From assembly GCA_002633005.1 (NCBI GenBank), contig NMRA01000056.1, positions 1,085,521-1,149,520 of the forward strand: a stretch of 64,000 nucleotides of DNA, given 5' to 3'. The DNA is from Phoronis australis (lineage: Eukaryota; Animalia; Phoronida). Under the pieces are notes generated by a model. That model was not told where the DNA came from and made no database searches. It saw nothing but the letters and a program-made list of their open reading frames with translations. Positions 12,953 through 27,170 of the stretch are shown here, piece by piece (positions within the stretch are counted from its first letter, which is position 1; each line of letters starts with the position of its first letter). The position numbers were made by a program, and so were the translations under genes.

Positions 12953-14290
12953 ACCGGTAGTAAAGCATAAAAATGATTCCAGGTGATCAGTACAGTGGGA
13001 CCACCTGAGTGTCTTGCACACTGTAAATATATGGCTAAAGTACCAGAGCGTCTGCAGTTATTTATAAATATAACCAGTTTCATGGATGAAATTTTTTTCA
13101 TAGTTGATCAAAATGTTCTTTGAGTGTTCGTCCGTCGCAAACGCAATTGTACAACACGAAGTTTTAAAAATTTTGTTCTCGTTTTTGAACAATCAAAAAT
13201 GGACCTCTTAAACTCTGGAAGGGGTAGGGTCTAGTGGATCACAGTACGTGAAATAGAAGAGCCAACACTGAGTAAGCAGACTTGGTATTCCATGTTTGAC
13301 AATTGTCAATGTCCAAGAAATCATTGAATATTTCTATGCTTATTTGTTCAGAATAAAAATACTTAGCCTATTCCAGGTTTTTGTGTGGCTGAAAAAAGAT
13401 CCCCAGGCAGGCATATTTTTAAACAACATGACCTTAGTAGAAGTTTTTCATGCCAAGTGTGGAATGTTTTCCTATCTTTGAGTCTGTTATGAGTTCCTTC
13501 TAAGAGCATTGACAGTAATGCATGTAAGGTGTTTCTTTCATCAACTTGTGTGCCTATGGCATATATGTATGTTTACCGAACAAGAAGACAGTATGCACTG
13601 GGGTTGCGAAATAAATAGAACAGTCTTGAAGTAAAGGTCTTTTGGGGTGAGGGTGTTATTAATTTTCAAGTTAATGTAAGTCACCACAAGCCTTGAACAG
13701 AAATACAGATGAAGTCTTACCTTTGGACTCCGTTGTAACTCTCAAAAACCTGTTGACTTCGTGGCGACTTGGTTTTTTTAACAGGTCACCAAACAAAATC
13801 TGAGATTCACTAGTGACCTATAGATCACCAAATCAAGCCCTGCATCAGTCTTCGTTGTCTATGTCCATTTCTTTTTACAGGGTATATTACTTAAAACCTG
13901 TTGATATTGAAATTAGAAATTCTTTCATTAGAAAAATGACATGTTTTCTAAACAGAAAATTGTAAACTTCACCTTTTCTGTCAAAGAGAACATCAGTTTG
14001 TTCAAAGTTACAACAGAAGCACAATGAGAATGAAAATCGTCAAGATTCAAAATCGAAATCTATCCGCGTTTTGTTGTAGGAGCAACAGGAAAGCTCTCAG
14101 TCAGGAAAGCTGTCGTATATATTTTATGACGAATACAAGACTGAGCAGTAAATAATGACTACTCTGTAATAACCCATATAGTTATTTCCTGTGAGAGATG
14201 AGGATTTGGTGAGGAAAAACGTGACATGCATGTTGTATAGGAAACGTTCATGAGTGGTTTGATCCACTGTGCTGCATGACCAGTGTGAAA

Positions 14291-14308
14291 CGCGCGCGCG
14301 TGTGCACA

Positions 14309-14342
<34 letters not shown>
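14291..14342. repeat. (CG)n/(CA)n microsatellite
   Basis: cgcgcgcgcg followed by about 16 CA units. Confidence 0.95.
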
Positions 14343-14345
<3 letters not shown>

Positions 14346-17300
14346 GCTGAATATAATGCTCAAAACGGGTGATAAGTAGATATTTTATGTCCTTGACAAT
14401 TCCGTATCGATACACCTTGTTGGATTTGGTGATAATTCCCCCAAACCCCATTCGAGGTCTAGATACAGCAAATATGCGCATCACTGGGTATGTTTTTGTT
14501 ATTTTAGATATGTTTAATATAAGGCCTATGGTAGGTAGTGGGAGTGGGATTGTTGTTGTATTCACTACTTGCACACTTTGGTGGCGCTGCAAAAAAGGCT
14601 GTTGTTCATTGTTGTTTAGGACACAATGCCTCGTTTTATCATTATTTTTAACAACGCAAAACATGAGCGTGCGTGTTCCAATTTGTAGTTTGGACACAAC
14701 ACCTCGTTTCCAAGTATAATGGCAAACTTGTGCAAGTAGTGCATTGAGGCGAATATTCAGTTTTTTCCGTATTAGTGCATCACCGACGGAAGTGCTTCCT
14801 TCCCTTTAATGCATGATTAATAATCATTGATATTGAGTTCATGGTAACCTTTTCTGAAGCGGAAACATAATTCAGAAATTCATCGTTTTGCGTAACTTTT
14901 GCCGGCCACATTCTGAAAAATAGATGACCCCCAGGGTTATGCCTAGTTTTAGAAATTAGTACTGCATTTTTAATTCATAGACTTTTATGACACCGGAGTT
15001 ACACCTGGTTTTGGAAATTCTTCCTGTGCCGTATTTTTAATTCATACATGCATTGTAAATCCTAAATTCTGCTGTGCTGTGACTTATACCAGACAGTACT
15101 AAGGGCCTCTGGAGTCTGCCTAACAAATTGTTATATCATGCGTTTTTGATGCACGACCTACAGCATGCTTTGCATTTTTGTTATCTGTGTACCGACTGAG
15201 ATGAATTTAGCATGTGTTAATGTATGCTGCCTTGTGACTACCAAGCCTACATTCCATTGGCTTAGTTTTTTTGCGAGAAAGCGATGAAAACTGCGATACA
15301 TTGTCATTCATTATTAGCGAAGCACGTGATCACTAGCTTGTTTTGTGAGATTCTTGTGTCTCCAAAACTCTACCCAGGTGAACATAAAACATCAGAATTA
15401 TGGTCAGGAAAGGAAATGTTTAAGGACAATCGGTGCTTCATGTAAAAGTGATATGAATATCAGACTTAACCTAGAAGTATAGAAGTTTGATAGATTATGG
15501 TTTATAATGTAGTGTGGTGTTGTGTTTACGTAAAATTCTCCAGTTTTGGGATAGTCTCCAAAAAATCTAAGCTGAAACTGATTTTCCTACCTCCGAGATT
15601 TTGGACACGGGCGATTTTTGTTAATGTATCGTATCTCTCAAATTGTGGACCAGTTTACGTTTCTATGTAATGGTCTGAAAATTGGAAGCGCATAAAAAGT
15701 AATGCTGGTCATTTACACATCAGTAAAAACTGCTGCTAGTGTCATGGAAGTTGGTCTGGCCATTGTTGTGAAATTCCCAAATATGGTAGATTGGCTGGGA
15801 CCATGAGTGAAATAATTATTTTTCCTATAAGGAATATTACAAGATCCTATTTTATAAGAGTAAAAGGCCGAATTTCATTTTCATTTGTTTTCCAGCGAAA
15901 TGCAGCTTTACGTATTAGCAACAGGGTTAAATCAGACTTTGAAAAATTTGAAAAATGACAATTTTGGCAATTATTTTTGTTCAAAATATGAGAAGAAATA
16001 CCTTAAATGCCATCCTAGGGACCGCACGGCGCACGTGTTGAGGAAACCTGGTTCGATAATGAATTTCTTGTTATGTGCTTCTCGTGTGTTCAGTAATAGC
16101 CCTAAGTCATCAGAATCCAGATCAAAAATTGATGTTTGTGAACAAAAAGCCTTCCATAAAAAACGGAAAGTCGTCAATTGATCAATAAACGTAGGTTGAC
16201 CATCTATTGATTTTGGTAGATGAGTTAGGTTAGGTGGTCATGGTGTTGAGGCAATTACCAATACAATGAGTGTAAATCAAATTGAAATTACTTTTCTTTA
16301 GTAAACGTGCCTGAATTTGGTTTTCTATGAAGGACTGTTTGCAAATATCGCCACATTTCACCCAGCATACACCGACCAGACCCCTCCCGCTAACCCCCAT
16401 ACAAAAATCTTTATTGACTTGTGATGGTTTAATGAAAACTGTATTGTTTGCACTAGGACCTTAGTGCTGTTCACTGATGCGGAAAAATAGAACAATTATT
16501 GCCAAGCATTTCTCCTTGTTTTTTATGTAAAAAATAGTTAATTAAGCATTGTGTTTCGTTTTTTTTCTTCTGTCACCATTTTTATGCCATCAGAGTGATG
16601 GCAACATCAAGGATGGGATGCGTTGGTCCTTGTCTATAAGTCTGTATTTAGCCCAATAGATCTACTACAACTAAACTATAGATTTTAACGTGGTAAAAGT
16701 ACATATTTTGTGAAAGTAGAAAGCCTGTACAATTTGACTTTTTACTTTATTATCTTGTTTTGTGTTCATGTATGAAAACTAGACATTTCTACGTGTTTTA
16801 GTAGATTGTAAAATCATTCAATTGGGATCGGAACAAAGAACAGTTGCGATTTTTCAAATTCTCGAAGTCGTTCTACAAAGCTGCAAATGTTCCAGTTGCT
16901 ATCAAGTGTTGTTTGCTGACAGCTATAGTATATAACAACGAGAATAGTATTTTTTATTATGATGATTATTATTTTTGTTTAAAGATTTGGCAATGTTAAA
17001 TTCTGCTTGTCTATCATTTCGTATCCTAAACTGAGAACGTTAATGATATTGAAACTGAAGTCCTCTTTCACATTGCTGTCTTCTAAAAGACGTAAAAATA
17101 GAGTAGCCTCAAAGTTAATTTACGGTCTCAAAAGTACTCACACCTCCGTTTCACTTCCTGTAATTTCCGTTAGAGTGCAGTGGAATTTCCTGGATTGTAA
17201 TTGACGAGCAGTATTTCAGTAACTTTCGGAACTCCCATGCTTTGAGTGCAATACTGTCGACATATCAATCACTGCTACCCAAAGCATGTTCAATGACAAC

Positions 17301-17395
17301 AATAAAGTTGGACCAATCACAATTTTAGCCCACTACACATAACTATCATAAACATTGTGTATTAATGCCCATATTCCCATTAGTACCTTCCCCTA

Positions 17396-17690
17396 CTTTT
17401 GATAATGTTGGGATTAAGCGTCCACATGTAATTTGCTTTCTCGCTGAGGTGCAATACTTTCTAGCACATCCTGGACTTAACTCCATTATATTTTTCGTAA
17501 CAAAAATTGAAAAAAGCTTCCATTACTCGGCTAAGTGCCTGCCCACTTCTTTTGATAATGTTCAAATTAAGCGCCCACGTATAATTTGCTTTCTCGCTGG
17601 GATGTATTACTTTCTAGCACTTTCTGAGCTTAACTCTGTTATATTTTTTGTAATAAAAATTTTTGAAAAAGCCTACGCTACTTTTGATAA
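17396..17690. repeat. Degenerate tandem duplication of about 153 bp
   Basis: cttttgataatgtt...aatttgctttctcgctg...tactttctagcac...gaaaaagc occurs twice. Confidence 0.8.
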
Positions 17691-17790
17691 AGCGCAGTTT
17701 CAAATGCGGAAACCAGATCAATTTTGAGTCGCAGTGTAGTTATAAGCTAGAGTTTCGGTCATCGTTGGGGACATCGTACTCTGTTAGTCT

Positions 17791-17995
17791 GTGTGGACGC
17801 TGGGCTGAACTAGGACAATTTACTCCAGGGTAGGTTGTTCTGGGGGCAACTTGTGGTGTGGACGTTGGGCTGAACTGGGACAATTTACTTCAGCGTGGGT
17901 TGTTCTGGGGGAAACTTGTAGTGCGGATGCTGGGCTGAACTGGGACAATTTGCTTTAGGGTAAGTTGTTGTGGGGTAATATGTAGTGTGGACACG
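17791..17995. repeat. 65-bp minisatellite, about 3 copies
   Basis: Unit gtgtggacgctgggctgaactgggacaatttactccagggtaggttgttctgggggcaacttgta starts at about 17791, 17856 and 17921. Confidence 0.85.
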
Positions 17996-20109
17996 ACTTA
18001 AAAGTAATAGGTACAATGTTATTGCGATGCATAATTAATTTACAATGAGTAGGTGGTCAAAGCTGGAGTGACCACTCAATCAAGGTGGATCAATTAATGC
18101 CATTAGATTACAGCATAGCTAGACTTGCACTGGCAAATTATTCATGCACTGGTTGGAAAGGCAGAGGTGAAGTTACCCTTGATCCAGCCTCCAGCATGCG
18201 GTTGGCTTCATGCAAGACGAAAATACAGTCACGTTCCTGACTGTATTGACTACCTTGTTTCCAAAGTCGTTTGGATGTAAGTTGACTAGCCTGATTGGAT
18301 AACCAGAAGTCCTGCTGACCTGCTACGCGTACATCAAGCAACACCGGAGCTGTATTAGGTGGACATTTAGATTTTAAATACGTTGCCGTTATCCAATGGA
18401 AATCAACGTGGAATTCAAAGTAAAAGAGAATTATTGTGACGGGGAGACCAATCTGGAACTTGTTGGGAGGACCAGCCTTGGTCGCTAAGCTACTCGACGT
18501 ACTTTTTGTTTCCTTATCATGAGTTCGAATAGATCAGAGCTGTCTAGTCTCTGTTAGGTGCTAGTTTAAGGTGAAGACAATGTGGACAAATGGTGTTTTC
18601 AGGGAGTGTGCAGTTTCTACGGCAGCTGTATGAAGTTTATCTCCATTCTTAGCAGGTTTTACACATTTCTATAAAAATTGGACTAATGTTTAAAGGAAGG
18701 TTTGGTTATACAACGATTCCTAATCTCAAAGTTCACCAGATGAGAGTAGACTGCAGGGGGTGCTAACGAATGTGTAGCTCACAGCTGAGAAGGAAAACGC
18801 ATCGGACATGCACAACATCGACAAATCTTCCGGAAGTTCACAGCGGCTGTTATTCTCAGTTAGTTCAGATGTACTTACAATTGCGCTATCTTGATGACGT
18901 GACTTAAATATTAAAGTACAGCAACACAAGGAAATGCTTGATCAGCTTTTTAGAATGGTAACTTGCTTACGAACTGCTCACACACCTAAAACCCAGTTGC
19001 GTCTGTGTCGTGGGGGGGGGGCATTCAAGTCTTTCGCAAACAGGTTGCGGCGACCCTTCAAAACAGCCCATGGAGAAAACTACTTGCAATTCGACAATAG
19101 ATAGCATGACGAGGATGCCCTGCTCGTAATAGTGTTTTTGGGGGCAACTTCTCGTCAAACGATGCCTTTTCAAGTTCTTACTACCCGCAAATCCTTGTGG
19201 TTTGTAAGCAAGACTTGTTCACCTGCATGACAGTTAGTGGTTTATAAAGAATCAATAGTACATCCAGATGCTTGTTACGTGATATGTGCTGATCATTTGT
19301 TACCTTGTGTGTAGATTGTCACGTTAACCTGAATAATGTTATTGTTAAAAAACTTCGCGAAATGATATCTTCTTTACCGTAATCTCTACAAGAGAGTCTT
19401 TTTATCCAGGGAAATTTCTTAAAGGATCATAATGTTGTGCAAGAGTGTATGGGACAGCTTTGAGTATCGTTAGTATTCTGAAACTGTAAATAGTTTTACA
19501 TTAATCATGAGGATTTGGTAAGTCAGTTATGAGACTGTAGAGGGCGCTTTACCTACTGGAGAAGAAATTCTTTACAAGCCAGGAAATTAGGGAGCGTTTA
19601 ACCCAGAGATGGTCACTTAAGTCAGAAATTTAAAGCAATTGGGGTGGATGCTAACCCGTACTTGCACACTTGACCTGAGCTAGTCGTCCTACCCACTTAT
19701 ATGACCGTCAAAATTGAAGTCTACGGTCGCGATGTTCAAAGAATTTGCTACAGGGATAGTAGTAAAATTGACACTGCTAAAGTTTTATCGATGTCCTTAA
19801 GTAATCTAAACACTGAACAGCTCTGTATGCAGCTTTTAATAGGAGAAGCGTTGAAAAAATACTCTCCAAATTTTAAGTAATAAACTTCCATATGAATGTC
19901 TTCAAAGTTATTGGAGATGCTAAATTTGATAAATCCAAGCACAAACTTCATCTTTATCATCCGGCGTTGTATACCCGGGCAGAACGACTTTATGTGCTGG
20001 AAATTGATGCAGTGCAAATTCCACTCATAAAAATTCTTGTGTCTTATGATTTGTATTCAATAATTAGTTTTTCATGAATGAAAGGCCTCAAAATACTTTG
20101 ACTTTATTG

Positions 20110-20465
20110 TCATCCACACACACACAGACTTACCATAGAACAAGTTACTCCTGGACTGAGTTGTCACCTAAGGTTTAGAGGCTGTTTGTTTAAACTAGTG
20201 CAACTTTCCCCACTTGTGACAACTTACTCCACCTTATCGAGGTGGGGTAACTTTCTCCACTTCTAATTTCTGTGCGGCTACAAATGGATTATCTGCTACG
20301 GTTACATACTCGCATTAGGTGTACGGCGCCACGCACAAAGCTACAACTTACGCCATACCCCGCCCAGTTATCAGATATTGTGTGTGTGTGGACTCTGACC
20401 ACTCAAAAGTGGGGTAAGTTTCACTAGTGCGAGTTGTTCTAGGGTAGGCTGTGTGTGGAGGGGAC
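20110..20465. mobile_element. MITE-like element with imperfect inverted ends
   Basis: tccacaca...agacttaccatagaacaa...actagtg...ccccactt is mirrored by aagtgggg...cactagt...ttgttctagggtaggctgtgtgtgga. Confidence 0.55.
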
Positions 20466-23400
20466 TATTGTGCAGATGGATATGTAAGTGTGTCTATCAC
20501 TTCATCTTCGGAGGTAAACAAGGCTGAGATTTGGTTCTAAAAATTCAAGAAAAGAGTGGTTCTTTTGAAAAATAGATTTGTTGTAGCATAGTGAGTGACT
20601 GTGGCTAACTTTAGTCTTGGCAAGCGTCAATTTCAAGATTTTTTACACGTTTTACAGGAGACGCTAAAGGAATGCACCGTCTGATTACCATGGTAACTCC
20701 TAGTCGTAACTACACTGTGGCTCAAAATTCATGCGGTTTTCGGGTTTGAAAGTGTGCGTTACTGTTTAGAAAATCAATTCTGTGAAACAAGTTACGTATG
20801 GAGACAGTCCAAGCAGTGCTTAATTAAACATTCTGAAAAGTAGAGGGTGGTTGGTTAGCCGAGCAGTGTGCACTTTATCCGAAAGTTTTCGTAATTAGGG
20901 ATAGGACGCTTACGTTTACAATAGTTAATAAGTAGGAGGGTTCAGTGGATTCACATTCTCCCTCTTCGGCCACTTCTGTATGGCTACGACGGACGAATGT
21001 TAAATACCTCTGCTGTGAGATCCACTTGAGTTATGTCACCACGCGCCGCGCATGTGAAATTTTGCGAAGTCCGAGGTACCCTATATTCAAATACACTTTA
21101 ATCCATGAGCATTACTAATTGGATAAGAAAGTGCAAAGTTCAAGAAAGCGCAAAGTTCGGTTGGGTGCGAACTAATGCAAAGGTAAGTATATGGAGCACT
21201 TGAAGTCAGAAACCTCACAGCCGGCTACCCATCACAAAAGTGAATGATGGTTCTCTACTAGCCATGTTTTCATATGGAACAGATAAGCTGCTTGACAAAA
21301 TGAAAAACTCTCAATCATAACAAGTGTATGTTCACAATTTATTAAACAAATATGCTGTTCCTGTCTGACATATTTTAAAACAGGTGATAAATCTTGTGTG
21401 GAGCAACAACAGCCGGCTGTAATAAAATGTACCAAACTGAATTTGCAAAATCTAAGATGAGTGAAAAAGGCCAGACAACAGGGAACAGTTAACATATGTA
21501 CAATACTTAGAAGTTATGAGAGCACAAAGCCTCTTTCACTTGACCTAGTTTCGAATTCTGTTCGGCGGAGTTGACCATTACGAAACACAATTTCTTTCAT
21601 TTCACAAATATTTTGAGACGGACATTTTTGTGCGACTCGTTTAAGTATCTCATCTCACAACAGTGACGATTTGACAGCATAATGGTCTGGTCGCAAAGAA
21701 TTTATAAAAAGCACAGAGGAATATCCCACTTCATTAAATTCATAATGTTATGTCCTAGTTTATGCTAGCGCGTAGTAATACAATAAAGTAGTTCTGTTGT
21801 TACATCTCGTCTGCGTACTCATGTATTTTCGTCGCTTCATAAAACCCATGCTTATATACACACACGAGAATGCAGAACACTGTCCATCAGCTACACTAGC
21901 TCCATCTAGCGACAAGGTGTATTTCATCATGTCGACGCTAAATCAGCAAATGACTGTTGGAACCAAGGTATTCCTCCTGACTAGCTGGTAACGGCTTTCA
22001 TTTGTTATTAATTGTTATCAGACAATTTCAATTAATAATTAATAGCATTCAAGAGGAAAGAATTTATCTTAACACAAATTAACAAGCTTAGGTATTCACA
22101 CAAACCATTCACACATTTGCTGCCAATATTGTATGAAATTTGGTTAGCTGCCTTGGGTGTTTTGATTTTGAGGGTTGCACATGGTAAACAGTTACTATCT
22201 TTCAACTGCGCATTATGCGACTGCCTCAGTTGAGTAGAAGACACGATACGAATTTTTCATTGTCGTGGGTAGGTTTTTTCTTCTTGGTAGTTGCCGCTGG
22301 TACCCGTTTTCTCGGATGCCCTGAGTTTTTGGCTTGGTCTGGATTTTTATTATTGCGTGGTGTAAGTGGCCTGCTGGCTTCCTAATTGTACAATTCTGTT
22401 GTAAATTTTATTTTTCTGTTTGTGTCTGGCTAGCCGTTCTGTGGAAGAGATGATGCTACGTCTTTTGTTGGTCTTGAGTTGTTTTAGGCAACGTAATGGT
22501 AAAAATTCTATGGTTTGGAACAGTTTCCAAAATTTTGGGATGCCAAGATTCAAGCAGAAATTGAATGCTCCTGATTCTGATCATTGGGACGTTGGTAATT
22601 TTGTCGTTTCTCCTATTTCTTACATAATTATCGGACACTGCATTTTGTGTCTGCATAGTCTGAAATTCTAACTCAAAGTGGTGATATTTCTGACTGGTCA
22701 CCTACCAGTGTAGCTTGTAATGGGCCACATTAATTTCAAAATTCCGGATGTCAGTGATTTTGCTGTATTTTTTGTAATTCTTGAATTTGGGATGGCCAAC
22801 ATTCCCTAGTTTTAAAATTTGGTACAAGCTCCAACCCTGAATAAGGTAATAAAACTGGAGAATTTTTACGCTAGTTAACACTAAGTCTCTGATAGGAACA
22901 TCAAAGTGGCAACTGTGCACGTAACCAGTCCAAACAGCCAATCGTCTCAATCCGTATTAACTATACGTCTATAAACACAAGGCAGTCCGACGGCGGAAGG
23001 GATTGCACTATCCTGTATACCAGTTACTGGCCACATAGAATCATTCCTGACTTGAAAATTATCTATAATTATCGATTTCAGTGGCTACCAATCAGACGCT
23101 CCACAGCCCGGTTTGCTGTATTATTAATAAATTACCAAATGCAAGATATAAGTCCCGTCAGCGTTGCCAACAGCAGAAGCAACGAAAGTGTTCAAGTTCA
23201 TTGAGTGCGTTGATTCAGATTTGATCAAATATTCAGCTGTTCTTCTGTTCTCATACACTATGGGATTGCGTTATCGTTGACTGCACGACACTATTGGTGC
23301 CAGGCCACAAAAAACGATGCAGATAGCATGCTTGTAATAACAGCACAGGCTACTTTCGCCAATGTTCTTTAGGCTCCACCCAACAACATTTGGCAGGAGG

Positions 23401-25999
23401 TAACAAACATGAATATTTGCATGCAACTATTAGTTCTGCGATCTCATTTGTTACCACAGAAATGGGTCAGTCTTGAGTGACAGCACATGCTAGGACACCA
23501 AGATGTTTTGATTGGTATTACATTTTACCTATTTCCTTACATGACAAATGTTATGTTTATGGAAAAATGGGTACTTGTAGATACTGGGCACACTCAGGCA
23601 CCAGNTGGCATTAAGGTGTGTGTGATGTCCCGCAGAAATTAACGATGTGAATCGGTGCAGTGATATCCAATCACTTCAGAGCACACCTGCAATGAGTTCA
23701 ATGAATACTGTTTATATCTACAGAGGCCTTAGAATGGCCTTTGTGGATAGACTAGAAAGTAACATCAAGGAAAAAAGCACCACCAGGCATCTGTGCAAGA
23801 TGCGCCTCTTTTTCGATTGAATCTGTGTTAACTTTATTGATATATATTTCCCAGAAAGAATACAATTTCTCTGTGATTTCCGTGAGCATGATCTCGTGAG
23901 ACTTGTTGTGTACATGTGTTTAATAATTAAATGTCAAACCTGTCAATCTCACGTTCCAAACACGGAATCAACTCTACCACTCAATCTTAACAGAGGTATA
24001 CATCACAGTCCTGTCAATTTCAAGCAAAGAATGACAAATTTTACAAAAGACTGGATAATAAATAATTCTTGTACAGTTACCCCAAGACTAAAAAACTCAA
24101 CTGCGGTATAATCTCAGCAATTTCGAATAAAAATAGCACCAAAGTTTCACTTTTTCAGTTTAAGGTGGGCTTCTGACTTTGTCTTGACTCAGCCTGTAAT
24201 TTTCATGAACTGTTGTCTGGTGGTAGCTATGGTACCAAACACGATAATGAATGATAAAAATTTGGTACTGCCCATGTTTCATGTAAAAACTGGGGGTTTA
24301 AGTTGTACACTGTATTGTGCTCTAAACTGGCATGCACCTTCTGATTTTTTATTTAAGTTCTATTTTTTATAGGACCTCTTGTAAAAATGGATCATTTGAG
24401 AACGAGTTCCTTTCAGCATTTTAAAGAATAGTACCGTACTCATAATAGAGTTGATTATCAGAAAATTTCATTTGAATTGGATCTCTGTGATATGGTGCTC
24501 CACCGTTGTGTTTTTCATTTTGGCCAATGATCATTTAGATAGGATTGTTAGTTTGTGTCTTGGAGAAGGACATTGTTCTCACATAACTTAAGTTGCCATT
24601 GCTGTAATTGATAACAGTGTTATAGTACTTTCTTAATGTTTAAGTATAATCAAATCAAAGCAAGTTGAATTGATAAGGACTCCAGTTGTCTTCTCTTCTG
24701 GTTTCAAGAGACCACACTCTTCAATCTGAGTTTAACGTTTGAAATTAACAGCTTTTCAGTAGCCTCGTGCGAAATAAGTGGGGGACAAAATATTATTTTT
24801 CAAAATAATTTTTTGTGTACAAAATGAGATGAGTGTGGTAAATAAGTGGAGACTTACCGTACTGAGTCGAAAGGTAGTCTGTACACTATTGTATGCTAAT
24901 TATGTTTTTGTTTTCAAACTCAGTCGTGAAAAGGTTTTTTGGAAGCATGCCTAGAAAGCACTTTCCTCTTGTTTTGGCTTGCACGAATTGAGTGAACAAG
25001 TCGTTTTCAAGGTAGGGCTTGCTGTTGTTGATTGTACAAACTGTTCTCAAACATTTAAGAGTTCTGAACTTCTGCAGTCTGAGAAATGTTTAGAAGCCTT
25101 GAGTGAAAAGTTTTATGAGTGCATTCGCTTCATGCATTTTAGTCAAAATGAGTGCCATACCCATGCGGTAAAAAAGTCTCACCAATATTAGACAAAAATT
25201 ACTACCCAAGTTGCATTTTTTCATTTTTAAGAGCTCCTGAGTTTGTTGTGACTGCCTACCATTTCCTAAAGTATTGTTTGCTAGAACCTATAATAAAGAA
25301 GTTGAGCATGGTAAGGCATTATGGAAAGGTTTCACATTCTTGAAAAATGAGAAAATGGATTTAACGCCTCAACCATATTGTGTCCTGAATTGGTGAGAGT
25401 ATTATACCATACTCAAATGAGTTCATTGTGGTAAAAAACAAAATGTGTACTTAATACACGTTTTTACCAGTTAGACCACAATATTTAGTGTTTCATGGGC
25501 AGCTGGCAAGTTGTAGCTAAAACAACAAACATCTCTGTAATATTCCTAGGAGATTGGGACAATTTTCCGTTACCGCCCAAAGCGTTGATATCTGTTTCTT
25601 GGCGATTTCCCATCTCGTTGTTTGTAGAGAGCATGAAGGACTCTCGTGGGGATTAGAGAGTTCTTGCAGGAGTTATGGGGAGAATGTTTAAACTCAACGT
25701 TAATTCGAAGTAAACAAATGTTTTCTCAGGATGAACATATGATTACGGCCGAGTTTTGATCAATAGACAAGTGCGCTTCTAGGGAGTGATATAGCCTAGA
25801 CATGTAGTACACTTTGTAGTGCCGTGGGATCTGTGCGAATGACTTTTTTTATTGATAATATAACATACTCGTACAGGTCATTGGCCATGTTTAGTATTAT
25901 GCTCCAGGCTCCTGCATTTTCCAAAGTTCCCTTTGAAATGCACGTGTTCGGCTTAGTGCTTATCCCCGTGTTGGATGGAGACTTGCTTAATAATGGACT

Positions 26000-26890
26000 C
26001 CATGTTTTTTTGATCACCCATTGCACGAGAATTTTAGCCTCCAAAACCTTTTTTTGTTCGCATGATACAGGTCGCATTTTTCATCCGATTCTCATGAAAT
26101 TTTCACACAATTTGTGGACCCAAAAGTCCTGGAAGCCTATTGTTTATCGTCATAATCAGATTCAAGATGGCCGACATGGCGGCCATTTTGTATACATTTT
26201 CAGGTTAAAAAGTGTCATGGAGACCGCAATTTTTTGCTTACACAACTGAAAATCGGCACAGTTGTTACACAGGGCAAGTGGTACAGATGTGCCGGAAAAA
26301 ATTTACTTCCGGTCAAAGATGGTGGAAATATCGGCCTCGGCGCATGCGCACTTCAATTTCGAGTAAAAATTTTTTTTTTCTCTAGAGGGCGCAATATCAA
26401 TCTGATTACTTCGTAATTTTTTGTGTGTTAGTTTTTAATATATAGCTATGATTGAGTACCGCTCAACTGGAAGTGGTTTTCAAAATGGCGCATTTTAACC
26501 CATTTTCAATCGTGCTGGGGTGTCTTTTTAATCAGGAAGAGGAAATGACTGGAATTTTGTAAGTGGATTCTCTGAGGCATACTATTTCATATGAACTGTA
26601 ACAATTTTTTTCTTAGACTTACCGTTTTTGAGTTAGTTGACTTTGAATTTCTTAACCTAAGAAAACGCAAAATTTAATTTTTTTTCGAAAAATTTACGGA
26701 AGTGCGTGATACTATCAATTTAGATAGAGTTTTGAACAGGCTTTCAGATGATATCTTTCATTTTTCTCTAGGATGTCTACTTTTTGAATTATTCGAGATT
26801 TTCTGATAGCGTTGTTCCATGGTTGAGCGCTCTTACTACATTGATGTTGGTATAGCTTCTATTGAACAAGACTATAGCCTATTTCTTACT
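26000..26890. mobile_element. Probable interspersed non-autonomous repeat, unclassified
   Basis: Contains the palindrome caagatggccgacatggcggccattttg and ccgattctcatgaaattttcacaca, motifs I associate with invertebrate interspersed repeats. Boundaries uncertain. Confidence 0.35.
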
Positions 26891-26934
26891 GATTTATGAC
26901 ATCTAAGTGCGTCATATGAATGTTATGATGTTGT

Positions 26935-27170
26935 GCAGCACCATCACCATCGTCAACATATTCGTCATCTTCGTCATCATCTCTGTTGTCATCTTTTCAG
27001 TTAATTTCGCCAAGTGTCGCTCAAGACTGTAGCCTATACTTACTGTTGTTTGGTCTCTACGTTCGTCTTGTGAATTACTTGAATTGTTCATCATCTTCAC
27101 CATCGTCGTTATATTCGTCATCTTCGTCATCATCTCTATCGTCGTCGTTTCTGTTAATTTCGCCAAGTGT
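26935..27170. repeat. Direct repeat (two copies of about 85 bp) with (CAT/CGT)n low complexity
   Basis: caccatcgtc...atattcgtcatcttcgtcatcatctct...gttaatttcgccaagtgtc occurs twice. Confidence 0.8.

Noticed and set aside
14124-14719. Overlapping ORFs of 60-149 aa
   Set aside because: Partly produced by the (CA)n microsatellite. No recognisable domain or convincing splice structure.
18935-19102. Short + strand ORF (MLDQLFRMVTCL...) as an upstream SYDE exon
   Set aside because: It stops in all frames after the G run, has no similarity to Syd-1 that I can recognise, and has no supported donor.
23605-23605. Single N here (and at 50538) as another haplotype duplication
   Set aside because: No flanking duplicated sequence was seen. 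Treated as plain contig joins or ambiguous bases.
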